From the human T2T-CHM13v2.0 reference genome, Homo sapiens, in the NCBI RefSeq assembly GCF_009914755.1, contig NC_060940.1: DNA of 64,000 nt. The stretch is one strand, 5' to 3'. Within the stretch, counting starts at the first letter, position 1. The number at the start of each line of letters is the position of its first letter. Shown here one piece after another: positions 14,891 through 28,011 of this stretch. The notes under the pieces were generated by a model, which was not told the origin of the DNA, did no database searches, and saw only the letters and a program-made list of their open reading frames with translations. A program made the translations under genes and the position numbers.

Positions 14891-15268
14891 CAGTCTCCCT
14901 GCTTCCCATCTTTGGAAATTAAGATCCAAGAAGGAAGAATGAGTGACCTGAGCAAAAGAAATGAAACCCTAAAGGGGGACAGATGTGCCTTCCAGTAATT
15001 CCCAACCTTCTCTTTATCAGTTCCATAGTCTGGCATGATTCTAAATCACAAAATATCATTTGAGTTGGGGATGTCTGTCCTTTTTCATGGGTGACTACAT
15101 CACCTCCAATAACGAGCGCTCTGCTGGCCCCTATTACTATCATTTGGAAATTGGCAAGGAACACTGGACATTAAAGAAAAAACTTTAAAGTAATCTTGAA
15201 ATTTCTGAATGAAGGCTCTGAAGAAACCCAACAAAGGGTTCTACTCCTGGCCCAGATGGATGCAGTGA

Positions 15269-15641
<373 letters not shown>

Positions 15642-17770
15642 CCAGCCAGTCCTTTGATGAGAAGAACAACAGCAGAAAACTGTGAAACAGCTTCGCCCAA
15701 AAGAAAAGCCACTGGGATTGGGAAGCTTGTACAACACAGCATAAGCAAACCTCTGCAGCAGGCTTCGATATGTTTCATACTTTCTCAAAGTACGGAGGCA
15801 AAACCCATTTGACAGGTGAAAAAGCATCTCTATTGACTTTCTACAAACTTTATGATATTCTAGGTGGATCGACACTTATCATAGCCCTTTAATCTGCCAG
15901 CCAGGATAATGTGTGCACGGACAATTTATCCACTGTGAGATTGAAATGCTCAATTTGGAATAACTTTCCCTACCCAGTAAATTGAGCATTACTCTAGGAT
16001 TCTGAGACAGAGAGAAAGCACAATTTTAAAAGCTTTGCAGAGTTCCTTTGTAATTAGTCGCAGCTTTCCTTGAATATTAATTTTCCCTGCATCCCTTTCA
16101 AGTGGTTGAGAGACTGTCTCTACAACTACAGAGATGCACCCTCAGAACAACGACAGCAAGCGGCATGGTCTCAAACACCTATGATTAAGTAGTCTACAGA
16201 ACGCACCCTCTGTTCTTCAGTGCAGTGTGTAGCTTATCAGTGCAAACAGTTTAATATTTATGCTAAGAGGATTGTCAAAAGCAGCTTCTGTTGCTTTAAT
16301 TCTTGTTTTAAATAAATAATGAGAACATTTAAACACATTACTCTTCTTGGGGCCCCGGGGTCAGCTAATCTTATTATTTATGAAGTGATGTGCTACATAA
16401 TAGTACTTAGTGCATGTTAACAGACGCTATTATCAGGGCCGGATGCAGAGAGCTGAAGATATATTAGAATGTTATGTGTAATGTACGACGGATTGAGTGC
16501 ATAGGATGCCGGTGTAGCAATTAACCACACTCGAAAATAGGTGTAAAGTTGAAGTATGTTTTCCCCGGGGGGATCCCCTCACCATTAATAATTCCCCAGA
16601 GAAGAAGATGTCTTTCAGTTAGGAACCCTCTCTACCATCAGGCTTGGAAATGGGGCCAGGATATTCCATTCTTTGATCTCTTCATAGTCAGTCCTACACA
16701 GTCAGAAGACAAATAGTGAGCATGACCACTTTTTAATTGATTTAGACAAAAATGGAGAGAAGGCGGGGGTGGAGGGAGGCACATGTGCAATGCTCCCAAG
16801 TGTCCTCATAGTGTTTGGTTTTGATCCACTCGTTTTCACTGCCACGTACTCCAGGAGAGTCGAGAAATTGTTCATTCCTTAATGCAATCTGTTTCCTTCT
16901 CTCTGATCCTCATTTTGCAGATAAATAAAGCTAAAGCCACTGAGTTTTCCCAGGTCACTTTTTAAATAAGCCAGTCTCTCTGAGAGATAGATGCCTGCCA
17001 AGGTGTAAGAACGTTGCCCCAATTTTTTTCCTGTGAGGCTATAATTTAGCTTCATATGATAATTAATTTCTCTACTATTGATGAATAATCCATTCAATAA
17101 AAACCGTGATTTAAGTGTTTTCCTTAGGGACTAACTCTTGCTGGCCTCTTAATTTAATTTTGTGCAAGTTTTTCCCACCTCTTCATCAGTGGAAATGATT
17201 ATTAACCTCTATTTGCATATATCCTTATAAATCGGTCTCTCCTTGGAGTGCCTTTTTCTGAGCACAGCAAGCTGGGACACTTGTAAATCTCCAGGATCTC
17301 CAAAGTCAATCCCGGCCTGTAATATTGTTTAATCTATTCTTGGACGTTTTAATGCAGTAAATTCAATTTAATCTTTCCCAGTAATCTAGTAATACATTGA
17401 AATCCCACAAACATTTAAATCTGATAATGGCTTAATCACACACTTTAAATAACAGTTGAGATAATGAAAAAATAATTCACCATTTTAAAGGCAGAGTAAC
17501 TGAATTTCCCTGATGATTGGCTTCTACGAAGCCACCTGAGATAATACAAATCTGGGAGTCAAAGCAAAGGAAGTCCCAACACCATCAGAAACAGTCTTCC
17601 TTCTTATAAACACCTGCGTTCCACCTGTAGATTCATTCAGTCGTCACCATGACCTTCACCCCCGAGGACTGTCTTTGGAGCATTGGCCAGTGTTGCTCCA
17701 AGCTTCCTGTGGGTTGGGGTCTTCTGGGGGTTTCCTCCCGTGGATTAATTTCCTATTTTTACTCTTCCAG

Positions 17771-17924
17771 GTGCCAGTCACGAATTGCCCGAACATTACC
17801 TGCTGATCAGAAGCCAGAATGTCGGCCATACTGGGAAAAGGATGATGCTTCGATGCCTCTGCCGTTTGACCTCACAGACATCGTTTCAGAACTCAGAGGT
17901 CAGCTTCTGGAAGCAAAACCCTAG
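17771..17924 (+). CDS. FTO: Terminal coding exon of FTO (alpha-ketoglutarate-dependent m6A/m6Am demethylase), last 50 residues plus stop
   Basis: Polypyrimidine tract and acceptor (tcctatttttactcttccag|g) at 17770/17771. One leftover G, then [53 protein letters not shown], which I recognise as the human FTO C-terminus. Confidence 0.97.
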
Positions 17925-18341
17925 AAGGAGCACAAGTCTCAGGCGGAGGAGAAAAAGAGATCGGCTTTTCTCCTCCAACGTTGTCATGGGCTTAAGCAAG
18001 AGCAGTGGAGACTTCTCTTGGCCCCTAGATTGTAGCACCCGGGTCCCAATCCAAAACAGCTAGGAAATGGTGCCCATGAAGTTTTAAATGTTTTAAAATG
18101 ACCCTGTGTTATAGTCTGATTTGGTGTTAAACAGGACCTTCTTCCCCCAAAATTGTTCAGATTATAAAATGTGAGCCATTCAGCCCCCAAGGTCCAGGGC
18201 AGGCGACAGGAACGAGCCCAGCGTGTGACAAAGCCTAACCTACTTTCCTCTTTCCCAAGCTTTTTCAGAGACTCTGGAGTGGACCCAGCCCTCTGGGGAA
18301 AGACAGAACTTAGAGACATCCCAGTTACTCACCACACCCAT

Positions 18342-18545
18342 AGTGCTGTCCAATATGGTAGCCACTAGCTAGCTGTGGCTACTTCAATTTAAATTCAGTT
18401 TTAATTTTAATTAAAAATGCAGCTCTTCAGTCGCCCTGGCCACATTTCAAGTGCTTAACAGCCTCATGTGGCTAGTGACTGCTGTATTGGACGGTACAGA
18501 TATGGAACATTTTCATCATCGAAGAAAGTCCTATTGGACAACACT
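18342..18545. mobile_element. MER3-like hAT-Charlie MITE in the FTO 3' UTR
   Basis: Terminal inverted repeats agtgctgtccaata / tattggacaacact; internal gccacatttcaagtgct. Confidence 0.75.
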
Positions 18546-18944
18546 TCTATAAAAAGTTTGAGAGCAGGAATTCTCATTTCCATTCGTCTGTAGCTTCTAT
18601 CCCCAAAGGCAAAGAAACTAAAAGAGAAATGACTCATTGAAGATTGGCCTCTTTCCTTTCTCTAAGACAAACCTAAGTAAAAGCCTGAGCTTTGAGTCCT
18701 ATGCTCAGCACACGGGAAGGAGATGTTAATAATTAAAATAAAGTTGATATCCTGTCTTTAGGGAGTTCCCTTGATCTCTTGAAAGAGACACAGCCCCATT
18801 TACATTATTTCGTGGATTTCACCAGCATAGTATAGTTTTTTTCTGTAAGTCCCTCATTCTTATGTAATAACAGGTGGAACTGAGGTTTGAAGAACCTCAG
18901 TGGCCCATCCTGATGACATTGGAGACTCAAAGAGACAAGAGAGA

Positions 18945-19130
18945 GTAGGGTTTAAAACCTGAGCTTTAAGACTCCCACTAGCTTCGTGTCCTTTGGCATG
19001 TTAACGTGCCTCAGTTTCCTCATCTGTATAATGGGGATATATGAAAGGCACCAGTCCTAAGGTGAACATTAAGTGAGATGATTCTAGTTACAGACTTAGA
19101 ACAATTTCCAGCACATAGTTAAATATCCAG
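18945..19130 (+). mobile_element. MIR in the 3' UTR
   Basis: gcctcagtttcctcatctgtataatgggg core. Confidence 0.7.
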
Positions 19131-19793
19131 GAAATTCTGGTACTGTTATGTGTGGGTGAGCTGACCTGGATGTAGATGTTTTCCTCTCTCTTGCTGACCC
19201 CTCCGCCAGTTTTGTCTTGTGATGCCATTAACACATCTCTCCCTTTCTGACCTGGCTCCTGCCCATTGGTGTCCCAAGAAATCGTGAGAATAGTTAGCCC
19301 CCCGTCTCCCCAGCCTGTTGCTTTCTCGTGTAGTTGTTCACAGTAGTTGAGAAGTTGAAGAGCTTTTGCCTATTGAAGGTGCACTGAGAATAAACTCTTT
19401 CCTGCCACCAGAATTGCAGTGGTTCACGGCCTGCACTCATTCCCATGAATGCAGTTAATAGCCACAGAAATGTCACATTAAGCAAAGCAGCCAGGGTCTC
19501 ATCGTGTTGAGACTCGAGTCTCTCAGACCTTGGATTCATTCCCTGGTGTCTTTGAGCCTCAGTTTCCTCATTGGTAAAAGAGAAGTGAAGCAGTGTCTCA
19601 CAGGGTCATTACAGAGATTAAATGAAATAAATGAAATAACATAGACCAGGAGGGCGTGGTGTTTAAAAGTCACAGATGGGGCACCCTCGGGCCATCCAGC
19701 CCAGTGTTTTCTTTAGCCCCTATGATGTTCATTTTTTGTTATATCCCATTAGGTGCCCATATTTAAAAATTGGGAGATTTCACATAAAATTAA

Positions 19794-20112
<319 letters not shown>

Positions 20113-20403
20113 AAGGTCTGCATTTTTCTTTAGAACTCAGAACACCCAATAGTCCTAGGCCCCCATCCTCGCATGGCAGCAAGCTAAATAAGCATCTTCC
20201 CACTGCGAGTTGGGGCATGACCCAGCCTATGGTTTGCCATACTCCCTCTTTTTCTCCGTTTTTTCATTAATTGTGAACCTGACCTGCATCACCCTTTCAT
20301 GTCAGTGCTCTCCAAACCTGCTTGCTTGCACCCCTCTAGTCGAAATATTTTGTGCTTACCCCAATATATGTGTGTGACTATTGAACTCTATTCGTAGACT
20401 GCT

Positions 20404-20500
20404 TGTACTAATGTCATTTGCATCATAAAATATTCATATCCAATAAACATATTAAAAGGATGAGATAAGAAACCGAGAGATTTTGCTGTTTTTTTCCTTT
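20404..20500 (+). terminator. FTO: Proximal poly(A) site
   Basis: TGTA 20404-20407, AATAAA 20442-20447, ATTAAA 20451-20456, U/GU-rich downstream element 20481-20500. Confidence 0.82.
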
Positions 20501-20660
20501 TGCATGGATGAGCCAGCTTCACTGTCCTGGGTGGGGCCCAGGTGGAATTAGTTCTCAAAGTCCTCCAGGTGGAGTCAGGGAATGTGCAACAGGGTTGGAG
20601 AAATCACTACTTTAAGTGAATCCGAAAGGTGAGATCACATTTGCTCTAAAGAAATGGTGA

Positions 20661-20907
20661 TCCCAGCACTTTGGGAGGCTGAGGCAGCAGATCACTGGAG
20701 GTCAGGAGTTCGAGACCAGCCTGGCCAACACGGTGAAACCCCGTCTCTACTGAAAACACAAAAATTAGCTGGGTGTGGTGGTGTGTGCCTGTAATCCCAG
20801 CTACTCGGGAGGCTGAGGCAGGCAAATCGCTTGGCCCGGGAGGCGGAGGTTGCAGTGAGCCGAGATCATGCCACTGCACTCCAGCCTGGGCCACGGAGCG
20901 AGAGAAG
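20661..20907 (+). mobile_element. AluS, 5'-truncated, almost no A-tail
   Basis: TSD aaagaaatggtga at 20648-20660 and 20908-20920. Confidence 0.93.
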
Positions 20908-23900
20908 AAAGAAATGGTGACTTTCATTGATCATGTGTTTGAGGATTTCATGTGCTCTCCAGGGAGGTTTCAGGTGGGTAGAAGGAGGTGGGCAAGACCC
21001 AATAAAAAAGCAGCTGGTGCGGGCAATGACAATGAACTCGTATCCTGCAGGGTCAAAGGAAGGCTTGCTTCTGCTGTGAATTGGAGAAGGACTTTCCTGG
21101 AAGCACAGGCCCAGAAATCGCACCCTTCTCCCCATGTGTGCGGATAAGGGACCACTTCCATCAGCAGCAGCCCCCTCCTGCTTTCCTGCCAGTCCTCCCT
21201 GTGGTCCCAGGTCTCTTGAGAAAAGTGATCTAAGAGATCCCTTTGCAATGAGGTGCTACTGACTGCCCTACCTCCCTCCCTTCCTCCCATGAATGTTTCT
21301 TGGTGCTGACCACAGCCTCAGCAATGAGGCAAGCCTGGGGACCCAAGACAGATCTCTGCCTCCCAGGCTAGTGGATGCCCTGGGATATGTAGTCACCAAA
21401 ATAGGAACTTACCCCATAGTGGGGAAATAGACAGTAAGCAGCAAATCAATAACAAGAGTGTTCCAGATGGTTGTAAGTGCCAGGAAGGGAACCAACTGGG
21501 AGAGGGACAAGAGGAGATGGTGACTGACCAAGGGGACCTTGATCAGGCTGTGGGGAAGGGAGGTGGTTGGGAAGAGCTTCCCAGGAAAGGGGACGGCGGG
21601 CCCAGGCAGGAGAGCCTTGGGAGGGGGTACCCAAGGAAGGAAAAGGGCCCTGAGCCTGAAGCCGAGAAGACCAGGAGGGGAGAAGGGGAGATGTAGGGCA
21701 GAGCAGACGGGAGCCGCTCGGGTTTTATTCCACACACCCCAGGAAGCATGAGAGGGTTTCAAGCAGCAAGGGCATGGAAGTAACTTGGTGAGATATTTTT
21801 ATGCATTAGATCATCGCTCTATCTGGATTCCAGAGGGTCTCTGAGAGAGCAAACAGCTTAATCCAAAGGAGCGGCTTTCCAACTGGGAATGTCCCCCTGG
21901 CTGGGTGAGATCTCAAGATGGCCTGCGGCCCCTCTAGATTGCCTGCCTACAGAGTTCACTCTAAACAGCCCCTCCCCTCCACACCCCAGCAGATCCATTC
22001 CTGACGCCCTCACTGGCAGGCTCCAGCCCCACAGAGCTTTCTAGACATAAAAGAGCAGGGTCATGGCATCATTGGTGACACAATTTTAGTAATAAGCTTC
22101 AAAACCCATCACTCCACTGAATCCAGGGATGCCAGAATTGAGAGTCCATAGGACCCGTTTAACGGATCCCACATTCAGTAGACGGTTTTTTGTATGCTTC
22201 GAGGGAAGGAAGGTATTTTCAAATGCAACTTCTTTTTTTTTTTTCTTGCTCTAGTTAGGGCTGATTTTACCACTGGGCAAATTGCATACATTTGGATCCA
22301 TGCCACGCTAAATACTGTTTATTTTGGAGATCTGTCAGAGGCAAGCACATGGAAGACAAGGGGATTCTGGTTTGAAAAGGCAATTCTCATCCAGACAGAT
22401 TCAGATGGAGAGGAGCGGTGTGGATTAAAATGCGCCGAAGTGGTAATGCCGTTTATCCCGTTTGCCTTTGTTACTCTGTGATTAAATGGTATTTTTAATT
22501 AAGTATCATTGGGAGCCATAGGTATCGCGGTGGTGAAATCAATTTGACAACCATAAAGGGGAGAGACGGCACAGGCGTGTTGTGATGATTGCGGCTGTAG
22601 GGAAAGCCGGGCAGCTTGCAGAGGATGGGTGGGAGGAGGGGAAGCCGGCTAAGAATGACTTCCTGCAAGACAGCAAGGGCACCCCTGGGCCACTGCTGTG
22701 TTTGGGAGGCAGGTTTTGGGGGTTGTCAGAAGGCATTCACCTGGTTCTCTCGCTCACCTGAGACACCCGATAGATTCCTGGAAACTCCAGGAAAGTATCT
22801 GAAGATCTGGTTCTCCATTCTCTCTTATTAACAAGGAGAACCACAAGTGCCCCCCAGATCCCGGCTAGAAGGACCAGACAGCTTTCCACCCCGGTTCCCA
22901 GGCAGCCCTGCTCCCATAGTCCTGTGTCCCATCGGCCCCATGCTCCCAGGACAGTCCTAATTCCCACCTCTCAGAACCTTGTCAGCCAAGTTCTTCCTGC
23001 TCTCTGGCCCAAATCCTCCTCCTACATTGGAAACTGAGCCTCTCTGCATCCTCTGCTCTTTCTATCCCGCTGTCATTCATCAGATTTTCCAAATCTTTGG
23101 ATTCCTGAGTGGCAGAAGAGGTTTTCTGAGTTTAAGTTCTGATTCTGTGTGTGATTCTCACTCTACCACCTCTTCAAACCTTTGTTGTCTTATCTACAAA
23201 ATAGAATAGTAGTAATCCATCACCTAAGGTTGTTGTGAAGGTTCAATAAGTTAATGCGTATTTAAAATGCCTCCCACAGTACCTGACATATACTGGGCTT
23301 CAGTGAGGTACTAGCTATTATTATTAACCAAGTTTCCTGTGGTAACAGTTGTAGCTTTGTGACTGGGCCAAATCACTTAACCCCTCTGCGCTCCAGTCTT
23401 TGTTTCTATAATGGGGATGATGATAATGCCTAGCTCATTGGATTGTTCTGTCCCCTACGATCAGCCATGTTAAGTGATTCATATCATGTCTGGTACTTAA
23501 AAATCACGCCACGCATGTACATTATTATGATGAAAAATATGATCCGTGATATCCTGACCAAAATATTAAAGGGACTAAAGATAGCTGTGGCTTGTTCAAG
23601 AAGAATATTGTGTCACTATCCCATATATTATCCCATTTGCTCTTCACAGCTTCCATTTTTCGCTAGGCGGATGGCATGGAACTTTTTATAAATGAGATAT
23701 TATGAAAAATGATGTTTTAGGACTCTCATTTCTACAGTGGGAGTAGGTCACCCATTGCAATTTTGGATTTGCTTAAAAAAATTCTTGCCATCACCTTCTA
23801 ATGGATGATCTGTGTACAACAATTGTTTATTGACTCTGAATGTCTAAGTACCAGGGTCAGTCTATTTCAAGGGGAGGGAAGCATTAATTAACCTCCAGCA

Positions 23901-24345
23901 TTAGATTCAGTGATTCTTTTCCAATGATGCAGTTCATGACTTTGCTCGCATTTACTTTTCATCAATCCTGAAAGAATTGAGGTAAAATAGTTCCTCTGCA
24001 CATGTGTGTCAAGCTAAATGGATAACAGCAGATACAGATCTGTTTGCCTGTCTGCACTTGCCTTTAGACAAAATTCATCAATTTTACAAAAGCCACTGAC
24101 TAAACATGGCACCAATACAAATGAAGCACTTCTAGCAGGCGGAGATTCCCTTTGTTTCTGATCTGGTAAATGCGGTAGTTTCCTGCTGAGAGATGGGAAG
24201 TGCTGGCCTAGGACAGCAAGGTGCCCTACAGGTGGGGCCAAAAGGGTCAAGACCGTTCTACAGGAAGTTTAGGAGAAGTTCAATGGTTCCAGATCCTGTG
24301 TGCTTCGGGTAATTCTGACCCTCTTCATTAGTGATAATGGCATGA

Positions 24346-24662
<317 letters not shown>

Positions 24663-25630
24663 TCCACACAGCCTTGCTTGGTGTTAAAGATTAAACAAAG
24701 ACCACAGGTGATCACTGTCTTCGTGGTGCCAGTTTCAAGGGCACCCTTCTTCCCTTCCCAGCCTCCGAGAGAAGGAGAGAGGGTCCACAAGCCAGATCCA
24801 TCCCCATCCACACAGGTAAAACCACGACTGTGCAGCTAGCAGGTGGAGATAACATTTGGAAAAAGGCTTTGTAAATGCTAAAGTCCTACTCAAGTCCAAG
24901 GGAGAGAAATTATTATTATTCGTTTTGTGAAACCAATTTAGTTTGGCTGGGTAATGGAAGAATTTCTACATACATTCATTACTTCTGATCAGGCAAGACC
25001 AGTCTGACACAGGAACAGTCTATGGCTCACTCTTAAAGCCACAGCAGGCTGCCAGGGCTTGGAGAAATAGAAACCTCTCTTGCACAAGAATAGTCTCAAT
25101 GAATCATGTTAAGGCCTCTTTAGGTTTTTCAGACTCCATGCACCCTGTGGAAACTGCCTTTCTTGAGTAGAGGTACGTTCAGCACTTCATAAAATAATCT
25201 TGGAGCCTCCAGACACACGGATGGAGGAGCATGATTTCATTTGTTTCTTTGCAAAACTGCTGTCCCCAACTGAAAAACCTGATTATCCTTTCAAATAGGG
25301 AATTCGGCTTTCCACGTTGGAACCAGAACAGTTAACCTTCAAACCCCCAAGGCTTGCAAGAGATGAATCAGTTTCTCAGACAGCCAAAGCCGTGGCTTAT
25401 AACTCATCCAACCCAGAAAACTGGACCGCTGGTCACCTTCCTTCCCCCTGCCCCCAACTCTGCAGACAGAGGTTTCCCGTTGATTATGCCTTGATTAGAG
25501 TCAGGAGAGAAGCAAACCAGGTATATAGGATTCCATTATCCTTCCCTCCTCTGCTCCCAACCAGGGTCACGCTGAGAGGGATCTCGGTGAACATGTGAAC
25601 AATCAAGCCATGTTTACCATGGACGTTTAG

Positions 25631-25822
25631 TTTTCTTTTCTCAAAATCAAAACAGAGTTTAGTAGGCAGCGTATTTCATACATGCCCCTTGATCAATGGA
25701 ATGATCTGTCAGAAGCCATTAAAGCCCCCATTAGCTTGAATGCATTCAAAGCTAAACTATTGGATCATTTAAGGGCTGCAGTGATTGTTTTTAATATACC
25801 GTACATTGATTTCTCCCTGTGA
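25631..25822 (+). mobile_element. Ancient non-L1 LINE (L2/CR1-clade) ORF2 C-terminal fossil
   Basis: Manual translation gives LKIKTEFSRQRISYMPLDQWNDLSEAIKAPISLNAFKAKLLDHL, matching the WN-LP...SL--FK--L motif. Confidence 0.6.
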
Positions 25823-27009
25823 GCAGCAACATAAGTTTGAAACTAACTGTGTATGACTAAGGCTCCATTTGCTGTCTCCAACCCTCTGTGAGAAGCATGG
25901 TTTCACTTCGACCAGAAATGTCTGTGTATAGTTTTCAAAGAGATGCAGACCCTGTTCGATTTCCCAAGATTTAGACTGGGTCGGGTTGTTATTTCTTTTT
26001 TCCCTGAGCTTTCTCCCATTTCTTTGTGCCCATTAAGTGAGCTGTGCGTGCAGAATGGGAGAGGCATCCCTGCCAAGGACTTCAAGTGAAAGGCGGTGGG
26101 AGAAATTGTTCTGAAAGCATGAAGCCCAGCTGAGGCCAAAATCAAAGTGAATTTGACAGCCTTGGGCCAGCAAAACTCTGTACCCAGCAGAAAACAATAG
26201 ATGTGTGGCTGTGTCAGGGGCATCCTCACTGGGACATAGCTTGGGGAGCTGAAGGTACCTTGGAAGGGCCAGATGAGGAAGCTAGCCAAGGCCACAGGCC
26301 TTCCTTTGACTGCCATATTGCCAGCTCTTCATAGTATTGACTCTTCAGTCTTAGCCAACACACACTTGTTGATTCCTTCCGGAATGTCAGACTCTGCTAG
26401 CAACACAAGGTCCCTGTCCTCAAAATCCTATTCTTAATCAGCATTTCTAATTTCTGCCCTTTGCTCATTTTAATACAGAGCCTGAGGATAGGAGAGCAGC
26501 GTGGTGAAAGAAGCAATAGTTACCACATTTGCAAAGGCACATACCCCAAAGAGAAGTTTTTAATATGTCACACCCATATTTTATAGATGGGGCAATGGAA
26601 GTCCAGATGGGAGAAGTTATTTCAGGTGAATTATAGAAACTGGATTTCAAGTTTCTGATAAGTATTGAATTTGGGAAGGCTGTGAACATTCTTGAGCCCC
26701 CCTCCCAAGTTCACCTTCAACATCCTAAAGCAGGTTGAAGAGGAAGATGGTTCCAGGTCACTTACAAGAACAGGAACAGCCCCTCCCTCCAAATTTGAGC
26801 CCAGAAAGGAGAACCTTTGTTACTCTAGAAAACAGTGTGTGTGCTATTGTTTTCTCCATAGGTCACAAACATCCACAAGATATTGGTGATTTTACATATT
26901 ATTAGAGCCACTGAAATTTATGATGCAGGATATTAACGTCAAAGAGGCCAAGATGCATCATTCAGAACACTGGCAGGTCAAGCAGAAACCACCGTAGTAA
27001 AATTGAAAG

Positions 27010-27224
27010 CTGGAGTCAGCAAAGTATAGCCCACAGCCAAATCTGGCCCATCCCCTGTTCTTATAAAGTTTTATTGGAACGCAGCCATGCTCATCGGTTT
27101 ATGTATTATCTATGGCTGTTTCCAACTACAGTGGCAGAGCTGAATAGTTGCAAAGGACCATAGGGCTATCAAAGCCCCAAATAGTCATTGTCTGACCCTT
27201 CATAGAAAAATTTTGCTGAACTGT
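27010..27224. mobile_element. MER58A-like hAT MITE
   Basis: ggagtcagcaaa...aaagttttattggaacgcagccatgctcat...aaattttgctga. Confidence 0.75.
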
Positions 27225-27883
27225 AGTCTAGCTCCAAGGATTGTTGTATCACCTGTGATCGTGCCTATTAAGCAATTAACGTCATGTCTAGTACTTAGTA
27301 ATGACTCAGCATGTATCAATTACGATGATAAATATTATCATGGCATCCAAACCAAAATACTCATGCCAACATCTCTCTGTACAGAAACATGGAAAAAGAG
27401 CGATGCTATTAAGGAGGAAAATGGAGCCAGGAGCAAAACCTAAGGCTATTTCTGAACTAAAGAGGCCTGAATAAGGTAGTGAAAGGACCAGGGAAAGCCT
27501 TCCCACGGGGATGGAGAGCCACCTCCTCCCCGGCTTTCTGGTTCAGATGTCTTGTCTCAACAGACGGCAGATTCGCAGGGAAGCAGGCCGAGCCTGATCT
27601 TTTCTCCGCTAGAACTGCTCAACAGGTGAAGAATCTTTTTCCAGCACTCCTGAGCCCTTCGGGTCGCGGAACAGTGCGAAGATTATTCCAATGCCTCATT
27701 CGGAGAGGTGATAATCTGGTCTGTGGTTTCTTTTTCGGTGGGGCATGGGGTGGGGGTGAGTGTCATGCTTTCTAAGGCACAGGGCTGACTAAAGGGTGTC
27801 CTATTTATAAGTCAGTAAAACACAGCGGCTTCATACTCTGTGCTTATTACCCAGAAGCCCCGGCTCTTAGAGTTTCTATTAAG

Positions 27884-27941
27884 ATGTACCTCATAAATAT
27901 ATACGCCTCCTATGTACCCACAAAAATTAAAAATAAAAAAA
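27884..27941 (+). mobile_element. Extreme 3' tail of an L1MA/L1PB-type element
   Basis: atgtacctcataaatatatacgcctcctatgtacccacaaaaattaaaaataaaaaa matches the characteristic L1 3' terminus. Confidence 0.72.
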
Positions 27942-27977
27942 TTGAAATCACTCATTTATGCTTGGTGTTATGATTGT
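27885..27977 (+). terminator. FTO: Distal poly(A) site (long ~10 kb 3' UTR)
   Basis: TGTA at 27885 and 27913, ATTAAA 27926-27931, AATAAA 27932-27937, GU-rich ttggtgttatgattgt 27962-27977. Consistent with my unverified recollection of a ~10 kb FTO 3' UTR isoform. Confidence 0.65.
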
Positions 27978-28011
27978 AACTAAGAATCCTGGAGTGAGCT
28001 GGTTACAAAGT

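Noticed and set aside
17880-18320. DRACH motifs near the FTO stop codon (m6A autoregulation idea)
   Set aside because: DRACH is frequent by chance and I see no clear enrichment.
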